In this document: positions 8,058 through 17,200 of the stretch, piece by piece
How positions within the stretch are numbered: position 1 is the first letter of the stretch
Layout of the letters: each line of letters starts with the position of its first letter
Assembly (NCBI GenBank): GCA_037142615.1
Contig: JBAXAI010000040.1
Span: forward strand, 1-30,838
DNA from: Spirochaetales bacterium
Lineage (GTDB): Bacteria > Spirochaetota > Spirochaetia > JABEVK01
Reading direction: 5' to 3'
DNA length: 30,838 nucleotides
Position numbers and translations under genes: made by a program
Notes under the pieces: model-generated
Database searches by the model: none
Told to the model about the DNA's origin: nothing
What the model saw: only the letters and a program-made list of their open reading frames with translations

Positions 8058-8722
8058 TTTGTGCCGGCCGCCCGCGCGTAGTCCTTCACCTCGCTGGTCA
8101 TCCGGATCGCCTTCTTGAGCCCGAGAAACGAACCGCTGAAGTCGATGACGATGCTATCGGTGCGGGCAAAGCCGCGCGGGTCCCAAGCGGTCTCCTGGAC
8201 GAAGTTTCCCGTGTCCACGAAGGGCGGCTTGGGCGAAAGCTCCGACTCGCGGTGAATTGCGACACCTGTGGCCTTGTCGATCCAGATTTTCCCCTTGAGG
8301 CCCCAGCCTCCTGAGGGGAGAAACGTGTAGCGGTATACCATCGTCTCCGTCCCTTTCCACGAGGCGGCCGAAGCAGGCTCCAACTTCACGAAGGGCTGAG
8401 CCGCGGCTTCCAACGGATCGGTGGGGTCTTTTGGAGCCGGGGTTGCCGTGGCCACCGCATCGGGCTTATCTTCCTTGCCGTTCTTGACCACACGGATGTT
8501 TTGCCGGGTGGTGCGCCCTTGCGCGTCGATGCCGTAGCGCGTGGTCATCACGACGGTCTCGTTGACCTTGCCCGAAGAGTCGAGGTCGAGCGACGTGGTC
8601 ACGGTGAGCGTCGGTTTCCAGGCTTTTGACGTCTCGAGCAATTTCGAGGCTTTGTCCCAAAGTGGATCGGCTCCCAAAGTCCAACTTCCCAAGAGCAGCA
8701 CCGCAATAACGAGGTTTCGCAT
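8054..8722 (-). CDS. Exported hypothetical protein (beta-rich)
   Basis: Start at ATG 8722 (MRNLVIAVLLLGSWTLGA) gives a signal peptide; host-like codon usage; the stop overlaps the ligase stop convergently. Confidence 0.7.
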   Translation of the reverse strand: MRNLVIAVLLLGSWTLGADPLWDKASKLLETSKAWKPTLTVTTSLDLDSSGKVNETVVMTTRYGIDAQGRTTRQNIRVVKNGKEDKPDAVATATPAPKDPTDPLEAAAQPFVKLEPASAASWKGTETMVYRYTFLPSGGWGLKGKIWIDKATGVAIHRESELSPKPPFVDTGNFVQETAWDPRGFARTDSIVIDFSGSFLGLKKAIRMTSEVKDYARAAGTN

Positions 8723-9030
8723 CCCGGAAAGGTCTAGCTGCGACCGCAGGAAGTCAAGTCGGAACTCGGCGACCGGCACCTGGAGGGTCGTGCCTTGCGG
8801 TGCGGGCCGTCGCGGGTCATCACAAAACGACACTTTTGACTGAAACTCGCCAGGACAGACCTGGCCGGGAAAGGTCGACCGACGACAAGATCATTGGCCT
8901 TGATTCCGAGTTCGACAGCTATCGAGTGCTCACTCGGGATGGGCTTTCCCGCCAATCTGTTGTAGTCTTGGCGGCGGGAGGCCGAACCGTTGCTCAGCGG
9001 AACGGCACCAGAGCCGGAGGGGAGTCGACA

Positions 9031-9384
9031 ATGAACAACGACTGGAAGTTCGCCAAGATGTCCGTTGCCGGCGTGTACCCGCTCTACGTGAAAAAGGTCG
9101 AGCGCAAGGGCCGCACCAAAGCCGAGGTCGATGAAATCATCTGCTGGTTGACGGGTTACGATTCGGCAACCCTCGCTCAACTTGTCGCCAGTGACCTTGA
9201 CTTTGAGCATTTCTTTGCCCAGGCCCCGCTATTCCATCCCAATGCGAGCAAGATCACCGGCCTGATCTGCGGAGTACGCGTCGAAGAGATCCAGGACAAA
9301 CTGGTGCAGCAGGTGCGCTACCTCGACAAACTTGTCGATGAACTGGCCAAGGGCAAGGCCATGGACAAGATCCTGCGGAAATGA
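9031..9384 (+). CDS. DUF2200 family protein
   Basis: SD GGAGGGGAG then ATG 9031; VYPLYVKKVERKGRT...WLTGY...ITGLICGVRVEEI...RYLDKLVDELAKGK. Confidence 0.9.
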   Translation: MNNDWKFAKMSVAGVYPLYVKKVERKGRTKAEVDEIICWLTGYDSATLAQLVASDLDFEHFFAQAPLFHPNASKITGLICGVRVEEIQDKLVQQVRYLDKLVDELAKGKAMDKILRK

Positions 9385-9400
9385 CTGTCCGCTCTCCCCT

Positions 9401-9442
9401 GGCCAAACTCCCCCGGTTGGACTCGAACCAACGACACTCGGA
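9401..9442 (-). repeat. Duplicated 3' portion of tRNA-Asn (att-like direct repeat)
   Basis: 9408-9442 is identical to 10406-10440 (35 bp); extends to 42 bp with one mismatch (9401-9442 vs 10399-10440). Confidence 0.92.
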
Positions 9443-9550
9443 ACCAATGCCGACTAGCGGTGATGCTGTCACTGGTTGCTGCCAGTTAACTGGATAGCAG
9501 ACAAGTTGATGCCACGTGACTATATTATTGGGAGATCAGAGGTGTTTACC

Positions 9551-9769
9551 ATGACTGCACGAACGCAGGTACTAACTGCCATTGAAAAGCTCGGGCCACG
9601 TGAACTGCTCCGGGTTGCCGACTTTATTGATGGCCTCGGCGTTGTCGATCCCCACGAAATGGTGCCGACCATCCGTGGAGCCGACTACAGGGCCGTCAGA
9701 GGGGTTCTTTCAGGGCTTGGGGTATCGATGGCGCAAGAAGTAGAACGAGGACGCGAAGATCGTTCATGA
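9551..9769 (+). CDS. Putative antitoxin (VapB-like by position)
   Basis: SD GAGGTG then ATG 9551; 72 aa; C-terminal MAQEVERGREDR resembles VapB tails; ATGA overlap with the PIN gene. Confidence 0.7.
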   Translation: MTARTQVLTAIEKLGPRELLRVADFIDGLGVVDPHEMVPTIRGADYRAVRGVLSGLGVSMAQEVERGREDRS

Positions 9770-10213
9770 CGCTTTTTTTCGACACCGCAGCACTCGTCAA
9801 GTTCTTCTCTGAAGAGGCTTGGCAGTGAAAGGGTCACCCGATGGATACTCGAGAACCCCGGGCGTCTTTGGATGTTCGAGTTGGCAGCGCTGGAGTTTCA
9901 TTCAGCACTCTACCGCAAGCTTCGCAATCGCGAAATCTCCTCGACCGCCTTCGCCGTGGCGACACAAGGGTTTCAGAACGAGTTGGCCCGCTTTCAAGTG
10001 GAGCCTGTCAGCAGGGCCACGATGCGCCAAGCCCGAATCGTGCTGGAAGGCTATGGTCAAAGTAAGGCTCTGCGAACTCTGGATGCCATGCGTCTTGCAG
10101 CATTCGTACTCATTGCCGAAGACGATTGGCATTTCGTAACAGCGGACTCCGTTCTCATCGAAACCGTAAAAGCGATGGGACACAAAACCCTCAACCCGCT
10201 CGACATTGGATAA
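9766..10213 (+). pseudogene. vapC: VapC/PIN-domain toxin interrupted by a +1 frameshift
   Basis: ATG 9766 reads MTLFFDTAALVKFFSEEAWQ then TGA at 9826-9828. Removing one T at 9819/9820 restores 148 aa: EEAGSERV...LEFHSALYRK...LRTLDAMRLAA...FVTAD. Confidence 0.85.
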
Positions 10214-10360
10214 GTGGAAGCCCCCCGCGTAAGCCAGGCGGAGGGTGGCGCTTTGGGCACCGAAGCGCCAGTTCTTCGGCGTAGCCGAAAACGGCCACCC
10301 CGGAGCCACGGCGACACTGACCGGGCGGTTCCCGGCCGGTCAGTGGTACGCCCCAAGCCC

Positions 10361-10402
10361 AAAAAAAAAGGCCCAAGTCTCTGCAAAGCAGAAACTTGGG
10401 CC
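10361..10402 (-). terminator. Intrinsic terminator of tRNA-Asn
   Basis: Minus strand GGCCCAAGTTTCTGC-TTT-GCAGAGACTTGGGCC followed by T9. Confidence 0.88.
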
Positions 10403-10405
10403 AAG

Positions 10406-10478
10406 CTCCCCCGGTTGGACTCGAACCAACGACACTCGGATTAACAGTCCGATGCTCTACCGACTGAGCTACAGGGGA
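10406..10478 (-). tRNA. tRNA-Asn (GTT)
   Basis: TCCCCTGTAGCTCAGTCGGTAGAGCATCGGACTGTTAATCCGAGTGTCGTTGGTTCGAGTCCAACCGGGGGAG; full cloverleaf, anticodon GTT, CCA not encoded. Confidence 0.97.
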
Positions 10479-10491
10479 AGGAACGAGGGTC

Positions 10492-10520
10492 ACTTTACCG
10501 GGGCGACCCGGTTTTGTCAA
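10492..10520 (-). promoter_or_regulatory. Sigma70 promoter of tRNA-Asn
   Basis: Minus strand TTGACA (10520-10515), 17 nt, TAAAGT (10497-10492). Confidence 0.75.
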
Positions 10521-10524
10521 CAAG

Positions 10525-12450
10525 TCACTTCTTGAAATACTCGAGCAGACCGCGCACCAGCTTCTGCGCGCTCAATTGCCGACTGTTGCCCGAGCGCATC
10601 GCAAACGACTGCTCTTCGCTGGCGAGGTTGTGCACCTCGACCAACACTTTGAAGTCGGCGTCGTTGCCCCGCAGCACGCCCAGGTTCTGCGTGCGGGCGT
10701 AGGCGTTGGCGCCGAGGTAGGGCACGAGCTTGTCGGCAAAGGCTTTACTGCGGTTGTCGATGCCACCGCCTGTCGTTTCGAGCGCGTACACTCCGGTTCC
10801 CAGGGGGGAAGAGGGGTTGTTGTCGGCGTGCAAGCTGACGAAGATACGCTTGCCGGCGGCAACCCCCGAAAACGCCTTGTCGGCAATCTGGATGCGCTTC
10901 TCGAGCCCGGCGGCCGAGCCATTGGGCCAAGTCTGGCTGTCGTCGCTGGCATTGAGGGCCAGGTCGTTGTAGACCTGATTCTTTTCGTTGATCAGCGTGT
11001 TGTTGGCAGGTTTGGTCTCGCGGACCAGATGATTGGGAGCCAGCACGGTCATCTCGACACGGGCGCCGTGGCGCTTGAGCAGGGCATACATGCGCAGGGC
11101 GATGTCGTACACGTACTCGTGCTCGGTGATCCAGACTTCCTTGCCGTTTGCGTCGGTAGATTTGACGATGGCTCCAGGATCGACGCCGCCGTGGCCGGGA
11201 TCGAGCACCACCGTGTACCCCGACAGGATGCCCGACAGCGGGAGTTTCTCTTCAATCAGACTGCCGAACTTGTCGTACAGCTGGCGGGCCTTCTTGTACG
11301 CATCGAGGGGCGAGGGCCACGAGTTTTCGTAGTAGCCCCGGTTGGGCTGGCTGAGTTCGCCGGGGTGCGTCCAGTAGTAGTAGTCGTTGTTCCACTCAAA
11401 GACGGGAATGGCTCGGTCCATCACCACGTAACTGTCCCACTTGAGGCTGCTTTCGTCCGCGTCCTGAAAATCGGGCAGATTGCTGGGCGCAAAAGCGGAT
11501 GCCTTGGGCTCCGGGGTTTTCACGTCTTCGGGGAAACTCACGGCTTTGGGTGCGCCCAGCACCAGACTCATACCGACGCGGATGATGCTGGTGCCATCCA
11601 AGCTGTTGTACGACATCAACTTATCGAGAGAAATGCCTGTATTGCGCGAAATGCCCATCAGCGTGTCGCCCGCCTTGACGGTGTAGGTCGCCTGCACGGC
11701 CGTAAGCACCGTGGGTCCGGTCACCGGGGCCTTGGCCGCGGGCTCAAAGACCGTGTTGGCGGTAGCCGAGGCGTAGGTGCGGAGCTTGAGCACCTGGCCC
11801 TTGTGCAGGTCGGCCAAGCCTGGATTGAGCGTTTGCAGGTTGGCCACGGTGGTGTTGTACAGCGCCGCGATGCCGGGCAGGGTGTCGATGACGGCCACTT
11901 CGTGGTTAAGAGGCACTTCGGCGGGCTTGAACACCCGCAGGGCCTTGCCCGGCACCAGCGAGTCGCTTGCCAACTGGTTCACACCGCGCAAATCCTTTTG
12001 GCTGATATCGAACAGCGCGGACAAGAACGACAGCGTGTCACCGGCCGACACGGTGTAGAACACAACCCCGATGGGCCGGCGGATGTAAAGCCGCTGCCCA
12101 GTAAACAGGTTCTGGCTCGGGCCCATGCCGTTGATGGTGCGCAGCAACTCGACGCTGATGTCGAACTTGAGCGAAAGCGCCGACAGCGAGTCTCCGTTGC
12201 GCACCGTGTACAGGAAAGGATTCAACCCCGGGTTGACGACCGTATTGGCGGGCGCCGGCTTGACGACGAGCACCTGGCCCACGCGCAACGAAGCGCTCTC
12301 CAGATTGTTCCACGCCTTGAGTTGGTCTACCGGCACATTGTAAAGCTTGGCCAACGAATACAGCGTTTGGTTGGCTTGAACCGTATGGGTTTCCTGGGCG
12401 CTCAGGCCCCAGACGAGTGTCAACAGCAGGAGGGTCAGCACATTTTTCAT
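10525..12450 (-). CDS. N-acetylmuramoyl-L-alanine amidase (Amidase_3) with five LysM domains
   Basis: Signal peptide; five LysM starts (HTVQANQTL, YTVRNGDSL, YTVSAGDTL, HEVAVIDTL, YTVKAGDTL); VVLDPGHGG, TEHE, FVSLHAD, VLVEV. Confidence 0.92.
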   Translation of the reverse strand: MKNVLTLLLLTLVWGLSAQETHTVQANQTLYSLAKLYNVPVDQLKAWNNLESASLRVGQVLVVKPAPANTVVNPGLNPFLYTVRNGDSLSALSLKFDISVELLRTINGMGPSQNLFTGQRLYIRRPIGVVFYTVSAGDTLSFLSALFDISQKDLRGVNQLASDSLVPGKALRVFKPAEVPLNHEVAVIDTLPGIAALYNTTVANLQTLNPGLADLHKGQVLKLRTYASATANTVFEPAAKAPVTGPTVLTAVQATYTVKAGDTLMGISRNTGISLDKLMSYNSLDGTSIIRVGMSLVLGAPKAVSFPEDVKTPEPKASAFAPSNLPDFQDADESSLKWDSYVVMDRAIPVFEWNNDYYYWTHPGELSQPNRGYYENSWPSPLDAYKKARQLYDKFGSLIEEKLPLSGILSGYTVVLDPGHGGVDPGAIVKSTDANGKEVWITEHEYVYDIALRMYALLKRHGARVEMTVLAPNHLVRETKPANNTLINEKNQVYNDLALNASDDSQTWPNGSAAGLEKRIQIADKAFSGVAAGKRIFVSLHADNNPSSPLGTGVYALETTGGGIDNRSKAFADKLVPYLGANAYARTQNLGVLRGNDADFKVLVEVHNLASEEQSFAMRSGNSRQLSAQKLVRGLLEYFKK

Positions 12451-12459
12451 TCGGTTGTC

Positions 12460-13161
12460 CTATACGGTGAGGTCGGTCAGGTTGTCTGCCAGGGTGGCAG
12501 CGTCTTCTGGGGAGTTGGGCCGGATAGTCAGCTGGAGCTGACCCGTGTTTTTGGCGCTGCGGCCGTCGAGTGTCAGCAGGGTTTCGCCCAGCCGAAGCGA
12601 GCAGCCGGGTAGTTCCTCGCCCTCGCCCAAGTCAGCGATCTCGTGGGCAAAGTCGGGTTTGAAGGTGGCGCTGCGTTCTTCGAGCCGCACGAGCATTCCG
12701 GTGACCAGATGCTTGCGCCGCGGATGACGGAACAAAAAGGCCCTCGGTCCGGTGGCTCGGGCCGTTTGGGCGGTGTTGCTCACGTCGAAAGTGCCGTAGC
12801 GCAGAAACACCTCGCGGATCTGCTTGGCCAGGTGAGCCGGATCACCGTTGTAGGCCAAAATGCCGTTCACGCCCAAAAAGAGCGCCTTGTTGGCCTCTTC
12901 GAGCGGTGGCCGCACTTCCGAGAACAATAGGAAGACGACTTCGTCCTTGCGGAACTCGTCGCGCAGGTACTTCACGAGAATCTTCCAATGCCGTGGAAAG
13001 TCCTGCACGTCGTAGAGCACAATGGTGGGCGAGGTTTCGTCCAAATTATCGAGGGCCTTGATGGGGTGTTTGTAGTGCACCAAGCTGATGCCGTAGGGTG
13101 ATAGGTGCCCGGCGAGCTCGCGCGACAGCGGCGATTCGCCTTTGACCAGCATGAGGATCAT
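12460..13161 (-). CDS. Receiver-like domain plus degenerate PilZ-like domain protein (spirochaete-type)
   Basis: ATG 13161 in an ATGA overlap; YKHPIKALDNLDETSPTIVLYDVQDFPRHWK...ALFLGVNGI resembles a REC fold; beta-rich C-terminus. Confidence 0.6.
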   Translation of the reverse strand: MILMLVKGESPLSRELAGHLSPYGISLVHYKHPIKALDNLDETSPTIVLYDVQDFPRHWKILVKYLRDEFRKDEVVFLLFSEVRPPLEEANKALFLGVNGILAYNGDPAHLAKQIREVFLRYGTFDVSNTAQTARATGPRAFLFRHPRRKHLVTGMLVRLEERSATFKPDFAHEIADLGEGEELPGCSLRLGETLLTLDGRSAKNTGQLQLTIRPNSPEDAATLADNLTDLTV

Positions 13162-14207
13162 GACCGCCCCTTCCTTTCGGAACCGAGGTTCCGTACCTGG
13201 TAGTCGTAGACTTCCCAGATTCCGTTGCTTCGTTTGAGCGCGTACTTGTACTCGCGCAGTTCGAAGTAGTCGCCAATGTCGAACTTGAGTTTCGCTGTCA
13301 CCGTGGCGTCCTTGGCGGTATAGCTGGTGCTCAAAATATCGAAGGCCGACGGGACTTTGCTCAGCGCGTCTTCGCGCTTCCACAGTTCATTCTGAAAATC
13401 GGCCAGAATCTGGCGCCGTTCTTCTTCTCCAGCAGCCAGGAAGGTCCGCCGGAATTGGGGAGCCCGTTTGTACAGATCCTCGGTATTGAGGTACAAGAAG
13501 AACTTCGCCTCCTCTTGAGCTTGTCGGGCCTCCAAGAGGTAATTGATGATCTCATCAGGACTTCGGGCTTCGCGCTTGAGGTAGGTCTGGTTCTGCGCAT
13601 CGAGGTTTTCCTGAAGTACCTTGGCGCTGCCAACGGGCAGGGTGGGCCTCAGGCTGAGCGTGAGCACGTTGGAGTTCAGGATGGTGTCATCGACGACTTC
13701 GGCGGTGGCGAGGGTGCGCGCGTTGGCCGACACCTGCGTGAGCACGCTCTGACCTCGGGCCCCCTGGAACTCGGGCAACAGCGAAGGGTAGAACTGCGCG
13801 GCGATGGTGTACACGCCGGGATCTCCCAGCGCGACCCAGTCCTTGAGGTTGACGGTGTAGTTGAACTCTTCGCCCGGCAAGATGCTCACATCGCGGAAGA
13901 ACACCGGCTGGTTGTTGAAGCGGTTGGCGTTCCAGCTTTCGGCCGGCGGCAGGTACAAGCCGGTGCGTCCGGCAGCCATCACCTTGAGGCTCAGTTGAAA
14001 GACCGGCTGGCTGGGCATGCTGAACCACACCGGCTGCGTCCCTTGATTGCGGAGGCCCACTTGGAGCAAGATGGGCTGGTCGGGGTCGTTGGTGTAGATT
14101 TCCTTGTTGGAAAAGCGGATGGAGAACTGGACACTCCCGGCAGGGGTTTCGGCTCCCAGCCCCAGAGCGAGAACCATCAGCAGGGCAAACAAGACACTTC
14201 TTTTCAC
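13158..14207 (-). CDS. Conserved exported hypothetical protein
   Basis: SD GAGGAG, GTG start, signal peptide; Ig-like N-terminal half (LRNQG...ILPGEE...PGVYTI) and an NTF2-like C-terminus (ATVT...YALKRSNGIWEVYD). Confidence 0.75.
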   Translation of the reverse strand: MKRSVLFALLMVLALGLGAETPAGSVQFSIRFSNKEIYTNDPDQPILLQVGLRNQGTQPVWFSMPSQPVFQLSLKVMAAGRTGLYLPPAESWNANRFNNQPVFFRDVSILPGEEFNYTVNLKDWVALGDPGVYTIAAQFYPSLLPEFQGARGQSVLTQVSANARTLATAEVVDDTILNSNVLTLSLRPTLPVGSAKVLQENLDAQNQTYLKREARSPDEIINYLLEARQAQEEAKFFLYLNTEDLYKRAPQFRRTFLAAGEEERRQILADFQNELWKREDALSKVPSAFDILSTSYTAKDATVTAKLKFDIGDYFELREYKYALKRSNGIWEVYDYQVRNLGSERKGRS

Positions 14208-14240
14208 AGGTGACTCCTCAATCCATTGTCGGAAGTTTCG

Positions 14241-17200
14241 ATGATTACCTTACTGGTGAATGCAATTACCAAGGCGCTCAAGAAAGACCTGGTCTTTCAG
14301 GCGCTTCTGGACGACTTTCAAAAAAACCGGCTTCCCCTGCGGATCGAAGGATCCCAGGGTTTTTTTCAGGCCCTGACCGTTCAGGCTCTGGTTCAGGCCA
14401 GCGCGGGGCCGGTGTTTGTGGTGGCCCCCAGCGACAACGAGGCCAATGCGCTCATTGCCGACCTGGATTCGCTGGGGGTCGACGCGGAGTTGTTCCCGTG
14501 GTGGGGTACGCTGCTCTACCAGGGCATCAGCGCGCAGGCGAGCATTTTTGGCCACCGAAGCCGTGTGCTCAGCCGCTTGGTGCAGGGCAAGGCCCAAGTG
14601 GTGGTGTTGTCGCTGCGCAGCCTGCTGTTTCCGGTGCCGCCCTCGGCCGTCTTCGCCAAAAACCTGACCACCTGGCAGGTCGGCAACACCATCAACGTGG
14701 CAAAGACCGCCGAATTGTTGGTAAAACTCGGCTATTCGCGCGTGCCGCGCGTGTCGGTGCCCGGCGAGTTCGCCCTGCGCGGCGAAGTGCTCGACCTGTA
14801 CCTTCAGGGTGACGACGACGCCGTGCGCGTGGTGTTCGACTTCGACAAGATCGAAGACATCAAGCGCTTCAACCCCCTCACGCAAAGTTCCACCTCGGTG
14901 CTCAAGGAATTGACCGTGTACCCCGCGCGCGAAATGGTGTGGACCGACGACCTTCGTGCCACCCTCGAAGCCAACGTGCTGGCCCGCGACCTGGGGGATG
15001 GCGCGCTGAATCACCTCGACGAGCTGGCCACCACGGGCGATTTCCGGGGCGTCGAGTTGTTCTACCCGTTGGCGTTTGACCAGCTCACCGGGCTCTGGGA
15101 CTACGCTGGCTTGGGCGGCAAGGCCCCGGGGCTTTTCCTGTTCCTCGACTGGGACCACCAGGAGCAGCTCGACAGCGCCATCCGCAAGGAGCGCAAGCAG
15201 CTGTTCGAGGAGTCGCGCAAGCTGGAGCTCGCTCTGCCGCCGCCCGAGGCGGTGTTTTTTCAGCTGCCAGCGCTCAAGGTGCTCGAAAAGCGCAGCGTGC
15301 AATTCCAGACGCTGAAACACGATACCGACACTCCGGTCACCCTGCACAAGCTCGAGTGTGACCCCGGGCGCTCGTTCTTCGGCAACGTGCCGTTCTTCAA
15401 GGAAGAAGTCGAAACGCTTCTGGCCAACCAATACCAGGTGTTTGTGTTCGCTGAGAGCCAAAGTCAGGCGCAGCGCATCAGCTTTTTGCTTGGCGATCTG
15501 GCGGTCACCGTGGTGCCTCACAGCATTTCGGCTGGTTTTGCGCTGCCCAGGCACAAGCTCATCGTCATCGGCGAAAACGAGATTTTCGGACGCCGCAAGC
15601 GTGCTCCCGCCAGCCTCAAAAAGACCAACAGCCAGGCCATCGACAGTTTTGTCGACCTCAGCCCCAACGACTTTGTGGTGCACCTGAATTACGGCATCGG
15701 TCAGTTCCAGGGGATAGAACGCATCCGGGCCGGCGGCAACGAGCGCGACTACATCAAGATTGCCTATGGCGGCGAAGAGACCATCTTTTTGCCCATCGAA
15801 CAGGTCAACCTCATCCAGCGCTACATCGGCAGCGAAGGGCGGGAACCCCGGCTCGATATTCTGGGTGGCAAAACCTGGGAAAAGAAGAAGGCCAACGCCA
15901 AAAAGAGCGTCGAAGAGCTCGCCGACCGGCTGATATTGCTGTACGCCAAGCGCCAGAATGCTCAGGGCTACCAGTTTCCCAAGGACAACGACTGGCAGAT
16001 GAGCTTTGAGGCGGCCTTTCCCTATCAGGACACCGTGGACCAAGCGCAGGCCTCGGTCGAAATCAAGGCCGACATGGAAAGCCCCCGCCCCATGGACCGC
16101 CTGCTGTGCGGTGACGTCGGCTACGGCAAGACCGAGGTGAGCATGCGGGCGGCGTTCAAGGCCGTCATCGGCGGCAAGCAGGTGGCCTTCTTGGCTCCCA
16201 CCACCATTTTGGCCGAGCAACACTTTGAGAACTTCACCGAGCGCTTCAAGCGCTTCCCCGTCCGCATCGGCATGATGAGCCGCTTCGTGCCCAAGGCCGA
16301 GCAGAAGAAGAACCTCGAAAAGCTGGCCAAGGGCGAACTCGACATTCTGATCGGTACCCACCGCCTGCTGCAAAAGGACGTGCTGTACAAAAACCTGGGG
16401 TTGCTGGTGGTCGACGAAGAACAGCGCTTCGGCGTCAAAGACAAGGAGCGCCTCAAGGAGCTCAAGGCCAGCATCGACTGCCTGGCGATGAGCGCCACGC
16501 CGATACCCCGCACCCTGCACATGAGCCTGCTCAAGATCCGCGACATGAGCGTGCTTCGCACTGCCCCCGTCAACCGCCAACCCATCGAGACCTTCATCCA
16601 GGAACTCAAGGACGAAACCGTGGTGCGCGCCATCCGCCGCGAAACCCAGCGGGGCGGCCAGGTGTTCTTTTTGCACAACCGCGTCGAGACCCTCGAAATG
16701 ACGCAGACCTACCTGCAGGGTCTCTTGCCCGAGCTGATGATCCGCACCGCACACGGTCAAATGCACCCCCTCGACCTCGAGGAAGTGATGCATGATTTCG
16801 TGCATGGAAACTTCCAAGTTCTTGTCAGCACAACAATTATTGAAAACGGCATCGACATTCCCAACGTGAACACCATCATCATCGACCAGGCCGACATGTA
16901 CGGCATCAGCCAGCTGTACCAGCTGCGGGGGCGGGTGGGGCGTTCGGGCAAGGAGGCCTACGCCTACCTGTTGTATCCCGAGGGCAGGGCGCTCACCGAA
17001 CTGGCCATGAAACGCCTGCAGGTGATCAGCGACTTCACCGAGCTCGGCGCCGGGTTCAAAATTGCCATGAAAGACCTCGAGGTGCGCGGGGCCGGCAACC
17101 TGCTTGGGGCCGAACAGTCGGGCGATATCTTGTCGGTGGGGTTCGAGATGTACCTCAAGCTGCTCGACGAAGCGGTGGCCGAAAAGATGGGCGAAACCCG

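Larger units (their letters stand above)
9401..10440. mobile_element. tRNA-Asn-anchored genomic islet carrying a VapBC-like module
   Basis: Bounded by the tRNA 3'-end direct repeats; TA cargo; no integrase inside. Confidence 0.65.

Noticed and set aside
8800-9030. N-terminal extension of DUF2200
   Set aside because: A strong SD precedes ATG 9031 and family similarity starts there.
9401-9442. Second tRNA gene or CRISPR repeat
   Set aside because: Lacks the 5' half and anticodon loop; only two copies 1 kb apart; no cas genes.
9872-10213. Intact 113-aa toxin starting at 9872
   Set aside because: It lacks the first catalytic PIN Asp motif, which lies in the upstream frame from 9766.
13162-13383. 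Longer starts given by the ORF track for 12460-13383, also 22053-23894, 24157-25644, 19819-20676 and 5245-5703
   Set aside because: The extensions overlap neighbouring genes; shorter starts give coupled start/stop overlaps, signal peptides or promoter geometry.
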